DNA of 64,000 nucleotides from positions 1 through 64,000 of the IMG/VR virus record IMGVR_UViG_3300032330_000956; one strand, given 5' to 3'. The notes under the pieces are model-generated. The model saw only the letters and a program-made list of their open reading frames with translations, made no database searches and was not told the DNA's origin. Position numbers and translations under genes: made by a program. Numbering within the stretch: the stretch's first letter is position 1; every line of letters starts with the position of its first letter. The stretch is from a virus. Its lineage: Duplodnaviria; Caudoviricetes. This document shows, one piece after another, positions 54,737 through 64,000 of this stretch.

Positions 54737-56116
54737 TTATAGGTCTTGGACTCCGAGGAAGTGTCCTTGCCAAATATTATTTTCTTTTCTTGCTACCTCT
54801 GGCTTATCCATGTCGCCAGACTTTTTGAATGCTGTGTCATTTTCATACATAGCAACTCTTTCTGATGTTTCCACCAATGATTTTTGTAAATCGGTAACAA
54901 GCGTCTTAATGTCATCAAGTGACTTTTTAAGTTCTACATTTTCCTCACGCACTTCATCAAATCTTTTTACAAGATCCGACTTCTCTGTTTCCAGAGCTTT
55001 GCGAAGTTCTAATGCTTCTGTACTTGCATCACTGATGCTTTTCTCAAGCTTTTCGCCAACAAAGTCTTTAAGGTCAGTAACCATCTTGGTAAAGTCTAGT
55101 TCGTCAACCTCAACTTCCGAGATATCTGCAGATTCTTCAATCTGTGTGTCTTCTACCTCTTCAACAACTTCATTGATTTCTTCAGCTTGGTCGTATTCTA
55201 GTTCTTCTGGGCTTTCTTGTGCCACGATACTACCTCCTTTGCTGATTTTATTTTTTTCATCAATATCTTTTGTAGTGCTGATATTGTTTTGATCAGGGTA
55301 TCTATTAATAGTACCCTGAGAATTAATTGTTTTTGATGGGGAATCTAGTGTTCCGTTTGGACCATGATTTGGACCTGGAGCATCATCTTTTTGTAAGTAG
55401 CCATCAACTACCTTTTGAATAGAGTCAGATTTTTCTGTGTCCGACTTTTCAACCCAACCAATGGTTTCCATCGAATCTCCGCAAATGCTGCAATCTTTTG
55501 TTTCGTTCGCAGCAGATGTAGCAACCTGATCTGTTCCGCACCAAAATACATTTTCTGTTTCAATTTCTGTTGCCATTCCTTTAAAAATTAAGCTGTCTCC
55601 AGTTTTTTGAATAGAAAAAATGTTTGCAAGTGGATTTGCAGGATTATCAACAAGGCTTAGTTCATGTAAATCATAATCTTTAATTACTCTACGCTCTTCA
55701 TCTGCATCGGATGCTCCTTTTTCCATTGAAGCCTCTACGATATTTCCACCAATTGAAAATCCAGTAAGGGTGCCATCTAATACTTTTTCCCAAGTATCCT
55801 GAGCACCCTTTGAAACATAAACATTGACATAAACACCCTTATAGGTATTTCCTGATTGTGAGTCGAAGTAATCTTCTTCGTTAAAAGAGAGGACTTTTCC
55901 AACAGCAATTGGCTGATGCATTTCTCTAATATTTCCACGAAATCTTTCAAATGCTCGCTTGCTGGCATCAGGCTCTACAATGTCCCCATGCTTATCTGGA
56001 TTATTTAATGTAGCGAATCCTGATACTGTGCGCTTCTCTTTATCTACTTTGGCAAAGGGAAACGCAAGACTCATCTTGTGTTCGCCATTTGACCATGTAG
56101 CTTTTTCAATATTCAT
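54737..56116 (-). CDS. Prohead protease fused to a scaffold coiled coil
   Basis: RTVSGFA, REMH, GFSIGG and ELSLVDNPAN; CxxD...CxxC linker; acidic coiled-coil C-terminus. Confidence 0.9.
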   Translation of the reverse strand: MNIEKATWSNGEHKMSLAFPFAKVDKEKRTVSGFATLNNPDKHGDIVEPDASKRAFERFRGNIREMHQPIAVGKVLSFNEEDYFDSQSGNTYKGVYVNVYVSKGAQDTWEKVLDGTLTGFSIGGNIVEASMEKGASDADEERRVIKDYDLHELSLVDNPANPLANIFSIQKTGDSLIFKGMATEIETENVFWCGTDQVATSAANETKDCSICGDSMETIGWVEKSDTEKSDSIQKVVDGYLQKDDAPGPNHGPNGTLDSPSKTINSQGTINRYPDQNNISTTKDIDEKNKISKGGSIVAQESPEELEYDQAEEINEVVEEVEDTQIEESADISEVEVDELDFTKMVTDLKDFVGEKLEKSISDASTEALELRKALETEKSDLVKRFDEVREENVELKKSLDDIKTLVTDLQKSLVETSERVAMYENDTAFKKSGDMDKPEVARKENNIWQGHFLGVQDL

Positions 56117-56178
56117 ATTAATTAAATAATACCAAGATTGTAAACTAATACAAAATTTATGGTATTATATGCTCCTAT

Positions 56179-57759
56179 TTATTTTTGGGTTCTTCCCTCG
56201 CCCTTTGGGTTTCTTGCTTCGCCTTGCGTATCTGTTGCATTAATTTTACGCTGCTGATCTCTTTGTCTTGTGCCATTTTCTTGAGTTTTTGTTTCTGCTG
56301 CATCTTTTGCACCAATTACTAGTGGCTCATCCCCACCCTTTCTTGGTGGAAGACCCTTGCGAAGTCTAACATCGTTAGGAACAATAACCTGGTCCTTAAG
56401 ATAAACATCATCAATTCTTGCTTGCATTTCTTCATCTGTAAGAGTAAGTTCATTAAATCTAATTGTAAAAGCATCAGTCATTTCACTAATTAATTTATTA
56501 AGCTTGTACTCAAAGTAGTCCTGTTGTGGTCGACAAACCTGCTCTTTAAATGTTTTGTCTGCATCTCTTGCTCCCGCCAAAGATGTTCCTTGCGGAGTAC
56601 CTAATTTGCTAATTGGGACACGGTGAGCCAAAAGAATACGATCACGACTTTCAATTGCGTATTCCTTAAATGAAGAATCCTGAATACCTGCTTCAATTGG
56701 CTCCATATTAAATTCTACACGAGCATTTTCTCCATCAGATGGGAGCGGGATGTAAAGGGTTCTATGATTTCTTCCACGAAGCCCAGTTTGGAAAAACTCC
56801 AAAAGCTTTCTCTCAGAATCTGGATTAAGTTTTGCTCCCTTTACTGTAATAATATAGCGTGGAACAGCCTTATTCTCAAAGTAATCTAAATTAAATCTTT
56901 GAGCAAATTCATCACCAGCGATAGCGTTTTTTGCGGAAATAACATCTGGGACACCATAGTATGTGTTGGTTGGAGTATATTTTTTAAAATGAATTACTTC
57001 ATTTGGTCGTGGGTCTGTACCAATTTGATCTTCTGTTGTTGTGTCCCCATAATTTCTAAAAAATGTATAACGGTTATAAACAACCTGAACAAAGCCATCT
57101 CTGTGACGGCGAACACGCATTGTGATAGATGGAATATGACCAATGTATCCAATTTTGCCAGAAGAAGTTCTACCAATTTCTAAATAAGAATTTCCAGTAA
57201 CTTCTAAATCTGTGCAAACCTTTTTCATTGTTTCAAGGAAGCCATCATCAGAATTCATGCTTTCCAGATATTGTCTAAGATCTTGTTTTCCACGAGAAAT
57301 CTTTCTGCGTAACTTGTCTAGTTTATCTTCATCCTGAAGAACATCTTCTACCTTATCCAAAGTTCTTTGAGTTTCTTCAAAGTCGTAACCAAGTCCAATA
57401 ATATTTGCAGTCTTGGCTTCAACTGCTGCGTGATGAAATGGGGAAAGGTCAAAGAGTTGTGACAGATACATAACATTGTATGGTGGCTGCACAATCATAA
57501 ATAAAGAATAGCCTGTTAGGTCAAGTGGGTCAAGCTTTTTTGACTTTGCTCCATCAATTCCAGTAAATGATTTTTCTAAACGATTTGCTCTACGCTTAAA
57601 ATTTTCATTAAGTCCTTCTACCTTTTTTAAATCATCCCAGCTTTTTGAAAAAGGGTCTTCAAATTCTAATTCTTGAACTCTAGGGGAATAATCTCTATCT
57701 GTTCTAATTTGAACAAAATTTGAATCATCATCGTCATCTACTGGCACTAAACTTGTCAT
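56179..57759 (-). CDS. Portal protein (PBSX/HK97-like)
   Basis: DLEVTGNSYLE, EVIHFK..PTNTYYGVPD, YFENKAVP and NDVRLRKGLPP. Confidence 0.93.
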   Translation of the reverse strand: MTSLVPVDDDDDSNFVQIRTDRDYSPRVQELEFEDPFSKSWDDLKKVEGLNENFKRRANRLEKSFTGIDGAKSKKLDPLDLTGYSLFMIVQPPYNVMYLSQLFDLSPFHHAAVEAKTANIIGLGYDFEETQRTLDKVEDVLQDEDKLDKLRRKISRGKQDLRQYLESMNSDDGFLETMKKVCTDLEVTGNSYLEIGRTSSGKIGYIGHIPSITMRVRRHRDGFVQVVYNRYTFFRNYGDTTTEDQIGTDPRPNEVIHFKKYTPTNTYYGVPDVISAKNAIAGDEFAQRFNLDYFENKAVPRYIITVKGAKLNPDSERKLLEFFQTGLRGRNHRTLYIPLPSDGENARVEFNMEPIEAGIQDSSFKEYAIESRDRILLAHRVPISKLGTPQGTSLAGARDADKTFKEQVCRPQQDYFEYKLNKLISEMTDAFTIRFNELTLTDEEMQARIDDVYLKDQVIVPNDVRLRKGLPPRKGGDEPLVIGAKDAAETKTQENGTRQRDQQRKINATDTQGEARNPKGEGRTQK

Positions 57760-58100
57760 TATTTATAAAGCCCTAATTTTCTTTTTTGCTGGATATCTTC
57801 TTTGATGGCGGGAACATCAAGTTCGTCTGGAACGAGTCCCACTTCCATTCTTTGTCTCTGCAATTCATATTCTTCTTCGGTTACTCTTCTATGTGCAGAA
57901 AACCAAACTGGCTTTCCTGCTTCAAGTCCATAAGATTTTGCAGCATCTTTAAGTCTTTTAATTCTTACAATATCGCCTTTCATTGCAGCGACATTTAAAT
58001 AATTTCTATCTTCATCCATAACCAAAGATCCATCTGGCATTTCCCAAAGATATAAGCCATAGCTGACTTCATCAATTTCTGTTACTTTCATTCTACTCAT
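57759..58100 (-). CDS. Hypothetical protein heading the portal operon (leaderless)
   Basis: TGG-TAAAAT-TTATTC-ATG; TAATG-coupled to the portal gene. Confidence 0.75.
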   Translation of the reverse strand: MSRMKVTEIDEVSYGLYLWEMPDGSLVMDEDRNYLNVAAMKGDIVRIKRLKDAAKSYGLEAGKPVWFSAHRRVTEEEYELQRQRMEVGLVPDELDVPAIKEDIQQKRKLGLYK

Positions 58101-58150
58101 GAATAAATTTTACCATTATTGCTAATGAAAACGAAATTATTGAACATATA

Positions 58151-61100
58151 TTAACCAATTTTTGTTATGACAAACTTATCTGTTGATGAACTAGATACCA
58201 CTTTTGTTGTATTGTTATCTATAATTTTTGTGGGAACTTTTCCAATAAATTGATTATATCTTGAAAGTATATTACTTGATGTTGGGGCAGAGTTCCAAAA
58301 CTGAAGATATCCAAATGTAGATTTATTAGAATTTGAAGGAACTACTGTGTTGTTTCCATTTAAGTATAAGTTGGAATTATTAGATGCTGATAAAACAAGT
58401 GCTACATGATAAAGTTCATTTGTTGATGCTCCATAAGTATTGTCAGATACTGATGCACCATTTATGTAAAGTGTCCCGCCCAAAGATTGAAATTTGGATG
58501 ATGCGCTAATCCAAATTGCGGGACTTGGCAAAGAGCTGCTGGTATTATTCAAAATATAAGAATTTCCTAATTTTGATGAAGATAAGTTTGAGTCACCATT
58601 CCAAGAAATAAAGCTAGAGTCAATATATTGATTTGCGGAACCTGATTGCTCAAGCATAACCCCATCAATTAAGAACCTTTGTCCAGCAATAGCACTTGCT
58701 GTAGGATTTGCATTGTTGCAAACAAAAAGTTTTAAGAATTTTGTTGATGCTGATGTAGTAAAAGTATTTACAACTCTAGTCCATTGAGAACTACTTCCTT
58801 CAACATATGAATTAAGGCTTGCTGATGCTTCTAGCATAACCCCATCTATATATAAATTTGAGTTTAATTTAACTCCATCTGGTTCAAAGCCAATACTCCA
58901 TCTGGCACTAGCATATAATTGATTTACTGTTTTGGAAACCCTTGTCCAAGTTGCAGCAGGAATAGTAAAAAGACTTCCTCCATCATATAGAGCACCGCCA
59001 TTATCTCTAAAAATAATTCTCATACTTGCTGTTGTTGGTGAATAAACATATGCACTAAAAGTATATGATCCCGTACCAGATCCTACATCCACATTTGCAA
59101 AAGCGTAGCATACAGAAGATGTTGATGATGATCCAATTGAAAGATTTAAACTATTGTTTCCAAAATAAGAATATGCCGATGAAGTTTGAATACTAGCTGA
59201 TACATTAGACCTAGTAAGTGCCCAGCCAGAACTTCCGCTTTCAAATGACGGATTTGCAATAAGATTTCCAGTATAAACATATCTAACATTGTTTTGATTA
59301 TATTGGAAACCGATAGTTGATGCAGAATTTTTATCATGGACAATATTTCCCAAAAATATGCTATTTGTTCCTGGTGCGGGCTTAACATAATATGAAAAAG
59401 TGTATGTTGTTGATGGATTTGCTGGGATATCGCTGCCTACCACCACGCCTGAATAAAATCTTGCAGCTTGTGTAACCTGTAAAGAATTTAATCCAAATAG
59501 TGAATCGTATGATGCTGATGTAATTGAAGCAGTATCATTTCCGCTCCATCCAGTGCTACCACTTTCAAATGATGGATTTGTAACAAAATTTCCAGCATAA
59601 GTTCCGTCAAAATAGGTTCCAACACTTGAAGATAATTCTAGCATAACTGCATCTACATAAAAAGACTTTCCATTCCCTGAGTCAGATGCGGAATAAATTG
59701 GCATTGTTGAAAGAACTCCAGGATAAAGTTTTGTTGCTCCAACTGGAGCACTTGCGGTAACAGAAGCTCTTGTCCACGCAGAAGATGAAATACTTGTACT
59801 ACTGGTTGTTATTCCCAAATAATTATTGGCAGATCCATACCAAATTAAAACTCCATTAACGGGAGAGCCAGTATTAACATCTTTTACATAGCCTGAAAAA
59901 GTATATGTTTTTCCACTTTCAACTACAAATGGTTGATAAGAAGTGTCAACCGAGACAAATCCAGGGTATCCTGGAGAAACTATATAACTTGCTGTGACAA
60001 GAAGGGATGATGCTCCCAAAAAACTTGTTGAAGATGTTATTGTTAAAAAGCTGGTTTGTTCAAAAAATCCACTATAATTTTCAAAGGAGGGATTTTGAAT
60101 AAGATTTGTTCTATATGAATCTATGGAATCTGGTCTGTACCAAAATTCAACTGCGCTGTAATTTGTTGATGCAGGAACATTAATTAATCCATATCCCTGA
60201 ACTTTGTTATCATCCCCCGTAAACTTCATCCCGAAGTTATTTGAACGGGAAAAGATAGAATTCTCTTCTGTAGAAACAGTAAAGTTTGCATATGTTCCAG
60301 AAGAACTTGTTAGCTTGTAATAGTCAAGATCCGAGTGTAGATAAAGATCTGTATAAACATTCCAAGAAATTTCGTTAAAGGATTGATATTTTGTATCTAA
60401 AGGGTAGTCTGTATTTAAAACAACTTTAACCATAATATTTTGTGCTGTTGATTCAGTATCGTATCTTGTTGCCGTTTCATTTCTTTTAACTGGATAAAAT
60501 GTTGAACCACTATCTGTAGAGATATAAACAAGGCAATTATCCATGCCCCGCCAATCAAATGAAACTCCATCTACATAATAATTTTGAATATTTGCTGATG
60601 GAATATTGTATGTCCAGTTACCTGTCTGACTCAAAATAAATGGATAAGATGAATTTGTTAATTTAGCCATAAAAGTAGATGTGTTGGCAAAATCAAATGT
60701 AGCAAAGGATGTTGGAGCTAAATCTGTAATTCCAAAATTTTTAATCTTTGAATAAAAAGTTTTTAGACTATGATAAGAATTTCCAACTGTAACAAGTGCT
60801 TGCCTGTCCATAGAAAGCGGGAAGTATGTTGGGCTGGAAGATGTTAAAAATACTGTTGAGCTTGATCCATTTTCACTTGTATAGAAAACAATACTAGAAC
60901 TATTAAATAACACCCCGATGTTTGCTGATGTTGCTGATGCACCTGCATTGTGATTAATTAGTGTTGTTGTTGCATCTTGGTAAGGATCATATAATCTAAC
61001 ATAATACCTGCTACTGCTAGATGCGTAATCATACTCAAGATAGAGATATTTTCCATCTACGTTGCTTATGCTAAAAATATATTCATTTAATGCAGTTGTT

Positions 61101-62308
61101 CTAAAAACTTGAGCACTAAATACTGTTGAATTTTGTAAATTAAAGTAAATTGGCATGCTGTAAATATCTAATCCCGCCGATCCAGAAATAGATAACCCAG
61201 ATGAACTATTTGTAGAGTAACTTGCTGACAAATCATACGAATTATTAAATGCTGGCTGCGTAATATTAATTGGTGACAAACCATTTCCTGTTACATCTAA
61301 GTTATAAACAAATCCATTTTTATTAAAGTTGTCTCCATAAATTGATTGATAATAACCTAAATCAGACTGCATCTCTTCCATCTTGAATAAGGATGTACTT
61401 GCAGAAAGTATTGATTGATATACTGGTTTTTCATCATTTCCCGCCCACATTAAGTGTTGTTGAATTTGAGCATCTGTCAATTTATAAGTAAAGAAAGCAA
61501 GGCTACTTACTAAATAATTTGTGGGCAGTGTGGATGTTCCAGTAATCGAACTTCCATCAATATTAAAAGTTAAATAAGTTTTTAAATAATTTTTCATCAC
61601 AGAGGTATCGTTTACTGATCCATTTATACCATCTCTTGCATTAACATTTAAAGACAATGCTCCATTTGAATAGTTAGCAACAATATAAAAACTTCTGTCA
61701 AAATTATCTACTACATAATAAGCGTCTGAATTATTAGATCCACTAAAAGAAAAACGAATTGTATTAGATAGGTAATCATAATATATTCTTGATATAATAT
61801 TATCTATCTTGCCCCAACGATAAGGGTCAGTTGATGGTCTTACATTTTTTGATGGGGGAATTTTGTCGGAGGTGGCTACTAGATTTACATAAACATCTCC
61901 CTCGTAATCTACCTTTGTCCCAACTGAATAACCAGTATACTGATCCCAAATTTCATTTGCAAAATTTTTTACATAAAAAATATCTAATTGATTTGATGCA
62001 TATGGGCTTGTTTCATTTCCCGCACCTGTTAATTGATTGTTGAAATTAAACCATAAAGCAATTGTAAAGTTTTTATTATCAAAATATTTAGAAAATACTT
62101 CGTATGTTCCCGCCGTATTTGAAATAACAACACTTGATGTATTTGAAATTTTTAATGCTGACCCACTATTTGCAATAATTGGCGGGGATAAATATGAAGT
62201 TGCGGTCAATACTGCATTATTAGCATTTGCAGTTAAATCATTTGCAGTATTATTAAAAGACCAATAACCAATTGGATTGTCTTTTAAAATTTTTAAATCA
62301 TATGACAT
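58151..62308 (-). CDS. 1385-aa virion protein with LamG-like domains and multiple carbohydrate-binding modules
   Basis: DNPIGYW and FTIALW LamG features; three NL..NPSFE...D.VMLE CBM4/9-like units; a CBM5/12-like insert; leaderless AGG-TATAAT-AGATAA-ATG. Confidence 0.8.
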   Translation of the reverse strand: MSYDLKILKDNPIGYWSFNNTANDLTANANNAVLTATSYLSPPIIANSGSALKISNTSSVVISNTAGTYEVFSKYFDNKNFTIALWFNFNNQLTGAGNETSPYASNQLDIFYVKNFANEIWDQYTGYSVGTKVDYEGDVYVNLVATSDKIPPSKNVRPSTDPYRWGKIDNIISRIYYDYLSNTIRFSFSGSNNSDAYYVVDNFDRSFYIVANYSNGALSLNVNARDGINGSVNDTSVMKNYLKTYLTFNIDGSSITGTSTLPTNYLVSSLAFFTYKLTDAQIQQHLMWAGNDEKPVYQSILSASTSLFKMEEMQSDLGYYQSIYGDNFNKNGFVYNLDVTGNGLSPINITQPAFNNSYDLSASYSTNSSSGLSISGSAGLDIYSMPIYFNLQNSTVFSAQVFRTTALNEYIFSISNVDGKYLYLEYDYASSSSRYYVRLYDPYQDATTTLINHNAGASATSANIGVLFNSSSIVFYTSENGSSSTVFLTSSSPTYFPLSMDRQALVTVGNSYHSLKTFYSKIKNFGITDLAPTSFATFDFANTSTFMAKLTNSSYPFILSQTGNWTYNIPSANIQNYYVDGVSFDWRGMDNCLVYISTDSGSTFYPVKRNETATRYDTESTAQNIMVKVVLNTDYPLDTKYQSFNEISWNVYTDLYLHSDLDYYKLTSSSGTYANFTVSTEENSIFSRSNNFGMKFTGDDNKVQGYGLINVPASTNYSAVEFWYRPDSIDSYRTNLIQNPSFENYSGFFEQTSFLTITSSTSFLGASSLLVTASYIVSPGYPGFVSVDTSYQPFVVESGKTYTFSGYVKDVNTGSPVNGVLIWYGSANNYLGITTSSTSISSSAWTRASVTASAPVGATKLYPGVLSTMPIYSASDSGNGKSFYVDAVMLELSSSVGTYFDGTYAGNFVTNPSFESGSTGWSGNDTASITSASYDSLFGLNSLQVTQAARFYSGVVVGSDIPANPSTTYTFSYYVKPAPGTNSIFLGNIVHDKNSASTIGFQYNQNNVRYVYTGNLIANPSFESGSSGWALTRSNVSASIQTSSAYSYFGNNSLNLSIGSSSTSSVCYAFANVDVGSGTGSYTFSAYVYSPTTASMRIIFRDNGGALYDGGSLFTIPAATWTRVSKTVNQLYASARWSIGFEPDGVKLNSNLYIDGVMLEASASLNSYVEGSSSQWTRVVNTFTTSASTKFLKLFVCNNANPTASAIAGQRFLIDGVMLEQSGSANQYIDSSFISWNGDSNLSSSKLGNSYILNNTSSSLPSPAIWISASSKFQSLGGTLYINGASVSDNTYGASTNELYHVALVLSASNNSNLYLNGNNTVVPSNSNKSTFGYLQFWNSAPTSSNILSRYNQFIGKVPTKIIDNNTTKVVSSSSTDKFVITKIG

Positions 62309-62339
62309 TTATCTATTATACCTTAGTTTAATTTATTCA

Positions 62340-63254
62340 TTAGGACCAAGACCCTGTTGCACCAAATGGCATTTCGTAAATTTCTATAAAAGATCCTGGT
62401 TGGATATCTGGGGTCGCTGCAACTAATGCATTTGCTGCCGTGCCCTGTCCAAACATTAAAGAAAAAGTTCCTCCAACAGAAGCGTTTGTTCTAATAAATC
62501 CTTGATAGTTAATCGATATTGATGCTGATGCACTTGTAGCAGTATTAGAAACAAGAAAAGAGTTTCCAGGAATTATTGTGTGCCCAACACCAGTTGAAAT
62601 GGAAGCCAAATTGTATCCAGCTGCAGATAACACAAAGTTTTGAGTTGAAGCTGAAACGGACGCTCCAATTAAAACACCATTTGCTGTACCAGCAAAAGAT
62701 GCACGAGTACCATAAAGGACTCCTCTAAATTGATAGAATGTGTTAGCTTTAAGATTAAAAGCACCGCTTGAAGTTCCAGTCGAACCTGCAAAAACTGGCT
62801 CTAATACTGCTGATGCTGTATGTGTTTTTACTGATGTAACCACAGCAGAAAATGCGGGACCAGTTCCAATGGACACTACGCTTCCAGATGTTGGAAGGGT
62901 TAGTGATGTACTTCCTGTTGTATTAAGTATTAGGTTGTTTGAACCAGATATTGTCAAATTACCGCCCAGAACTAAATTACCGCCCAAACTAATAGTTCTT
63001 CCAGTATTGGATGATCCAGTTCCACCATATTGACCAGAAAGAATACCAGAGTTAATGCTTGATGCACTTATATTTAAAAGATAGCTTCCATCTGTTGCAT
63101 AAGGCAAAAGTGCCCAGCTACTGGTACCCGTTCCAATTTTAAACTTTCCAGTGTCTAACTCAAATCCTATTTCACCCGCAGCAAGTTGCGGGTTTACAGA
63201 ACTCCAAGCAGAAGCTGAGTCTCTTCTAATTTGTATTTGTGTAATTCTAGCCAT
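62340..63254 (-). CDS. Fibre protein with an Mtd-N/hyaluronidase-type N-terminal domain
   Basis: IQIRRDSASAW...NPQLAAGEIGFELDTGKFKIG.G...W..LPY. True start is likely MARIT at 63254. Confidence 0.8.
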   Translation of the reverse strand: MARITQIQIRRDSASAWSSVNPQLAAGEIGFELDTGKFKIGTGTSSWALLPYATDGSYLLNISASSINSGILSGQYGGTGSSNTGRTISLGGNLVLGGNLTISGSNNLILNTTGSTSLTLPTSGSVVSIGTGPAFSAVVTSVKTHTASAVLEPVFAGSTGTSSGAFNLKANTFYQFRGVLYGTRASFAGTANGVLIGASVSASTQNFVLSAAGYNLASISTGVGHTIIPGNSFLVSNTATSASASISINYQGFIRTNASVGGTFSLMFGQGTAANALVAATPDIQPGSFIEIYEMPFGATGSWS

Positions 63255-63985
63255 TATAACCCCCACTTAGCTTTCAAATAATTTTCTATACCAATTCTTA
63301 AATTATCGCTAGTATTATTGTAAGCAACAACTTCAGCAATTGAATTAAGTCCATCAATTCCGTATAGAGCCTGAGATGAAATAAATGCGCCACCATTTGT
63401 ATAGTGATGTTTTAAAACACTATTTTGATAAAGTTTGGCGTTGTTGCCATCAAAGGTGAATGAATTTACACTGTAGGATGCTGAAGAAAGTGTTGCTGTA
63501 TTTGGAATAATATCGGTATTTGCATTATTTGTATCTAGATAGCCATCCATTCCATAACCAGAATAGTGCTGAATTGAAGCTTCATTTCCATCGGTATTGC
63601 CAACATAAATAAGGTGACCTGTAACAACAGGCGCAGTTAATCTATCCGCTTTTGCAACTACAAAAAAGGACAAACTTGAATTTCCAGCCCAAGGATTTGT
63701 TTCGGTTGCACTATAATAAGATAGTTGTAGACCTGGTTGAACACCTTCCTCAAAGTCTACAATATTCTTTCCGTTTAATTGTGTTACTCCACTTCTTGAA
63801 ACACTATAGGTCCCTGTTGTCAAAACTACTGTTGTTAATGTACCCTTATTTTGCCAAGCTGTAATAAGATTGGTTGATCCTGTTGTAATTGTTGATGTAT
63901 CCGATGCGTCAAACCATAGCAATGGGGGAAATTGTGATGGATTAACAATATTTTCTCTAGATAAAACTGAATGCATTCCAGGCAT
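63254..63985 (-). CDS. LamG/concanavalin-like domain virion protein
   Basis: LWFDASD...W.NK and IAEVVAYN...IENYLKAKWGL pattern. Confidence 0.75.
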   Translation of the reverse strand: MPGMHSVLSRENIVNPSQFPPLLWFDASDTSTITTGSTNLITAWQNKGTLTTVVLTTGTYSVSRSGVTQLNGKNIVDFEEGVQPGLQLSYYSATETNPWAGNSSLSFFVVAKADRLTAPVVTGHLIYVGNTDGNEASIQHYSGYGMDGYLDTNNANTDIIPNTATLSSASYSVNSFTFDGNNAKLYQNSVLKHHYTNGGAFISSQALYGIDGLNSIAEVVAYNNTSDNLRIGIENYLKAKWGL

Positions 63986-64000
63986 TATGCCACCGCCAAA

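Noticed and set aside
4638-57759. Terminase located ~50 kb from the portal
   Set aside because: This arrangement is known in large actinobacterial siphophages and is not evidence of rearrangement or misassembly.
62340-63254. Diversity-generating retroelement suggested by the Mtd-N domain
   Set aside because: No reverse transcriptase and no template/variable repeat pair with adenine-specific mismatches was seen. Mtd-N is only an anchoring domain.
776-63864. All other plus-strand ORFs and nested alternative-frame minus ORFs in the track
   Set aside because: They overlap well-supported minus-strand genes and lack recognisable motifs. No plus-strand gene is supported.
1-64000. Stop-codon reassignment
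   Set aside because: Long genes are intact in the standard code. TAA, TAG and TGA are all used as stops, and the tRNAs seen are not suppressors.

Overview
This window is a 64-kb segment of a large, AT-rich tailed (siphovirus-type) bacteriophage genome. Essentially every real gene is on the minus strand. Read in the direction of transcription (64000 to 1), the order is: LamG/CBM/Mtd-N fibre-like proteins; portal, prohead protease/scaffold and HK97 major capsid; head-tail joining genes; major tail protein; tail chaperones with a -1 frameshift; a 2313-aa tape measure; minor tail and fibre genes; replication/recombination genes (DnaB, primase, SSB, UV glycosylase, DnaE, MazG, RecA, Cas4-like nuclease, RuvC); a 13-gene nucleotide-sugar/glycosyltransferase island; terminase; cell-wall hydrolases and a membrane operon; Dps; and tRNAs. 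Gene content and order resemble Streptomyces BE/BK-type phages and freshwater actinophages, so an actinobacterial host is inferred but not shown. The best leads are: (1) a ~115-nt structured ncRNA that starts exactly where a TTGACA-N17-TACAAT promoter predicts; (2) a candidate phage glycan system, combining GDP-colitose-type and NDP-heptose modules and five glycosyltransferases with possible acceptors or readers (a signal-peptide SUEL-lectin/mucin-like membrane protein, a Ser/Thr/Gly-rich capsid extension and a tail-tube insert); (3) a pseudoknot element before a tRNA; (4) nested carbohydrate-binding modules in a 1385-aa virion protein; (5) cargo-like inserts in the tape measure. All assignments come from motif recognition by eye. 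No database searches or folding programs were run.
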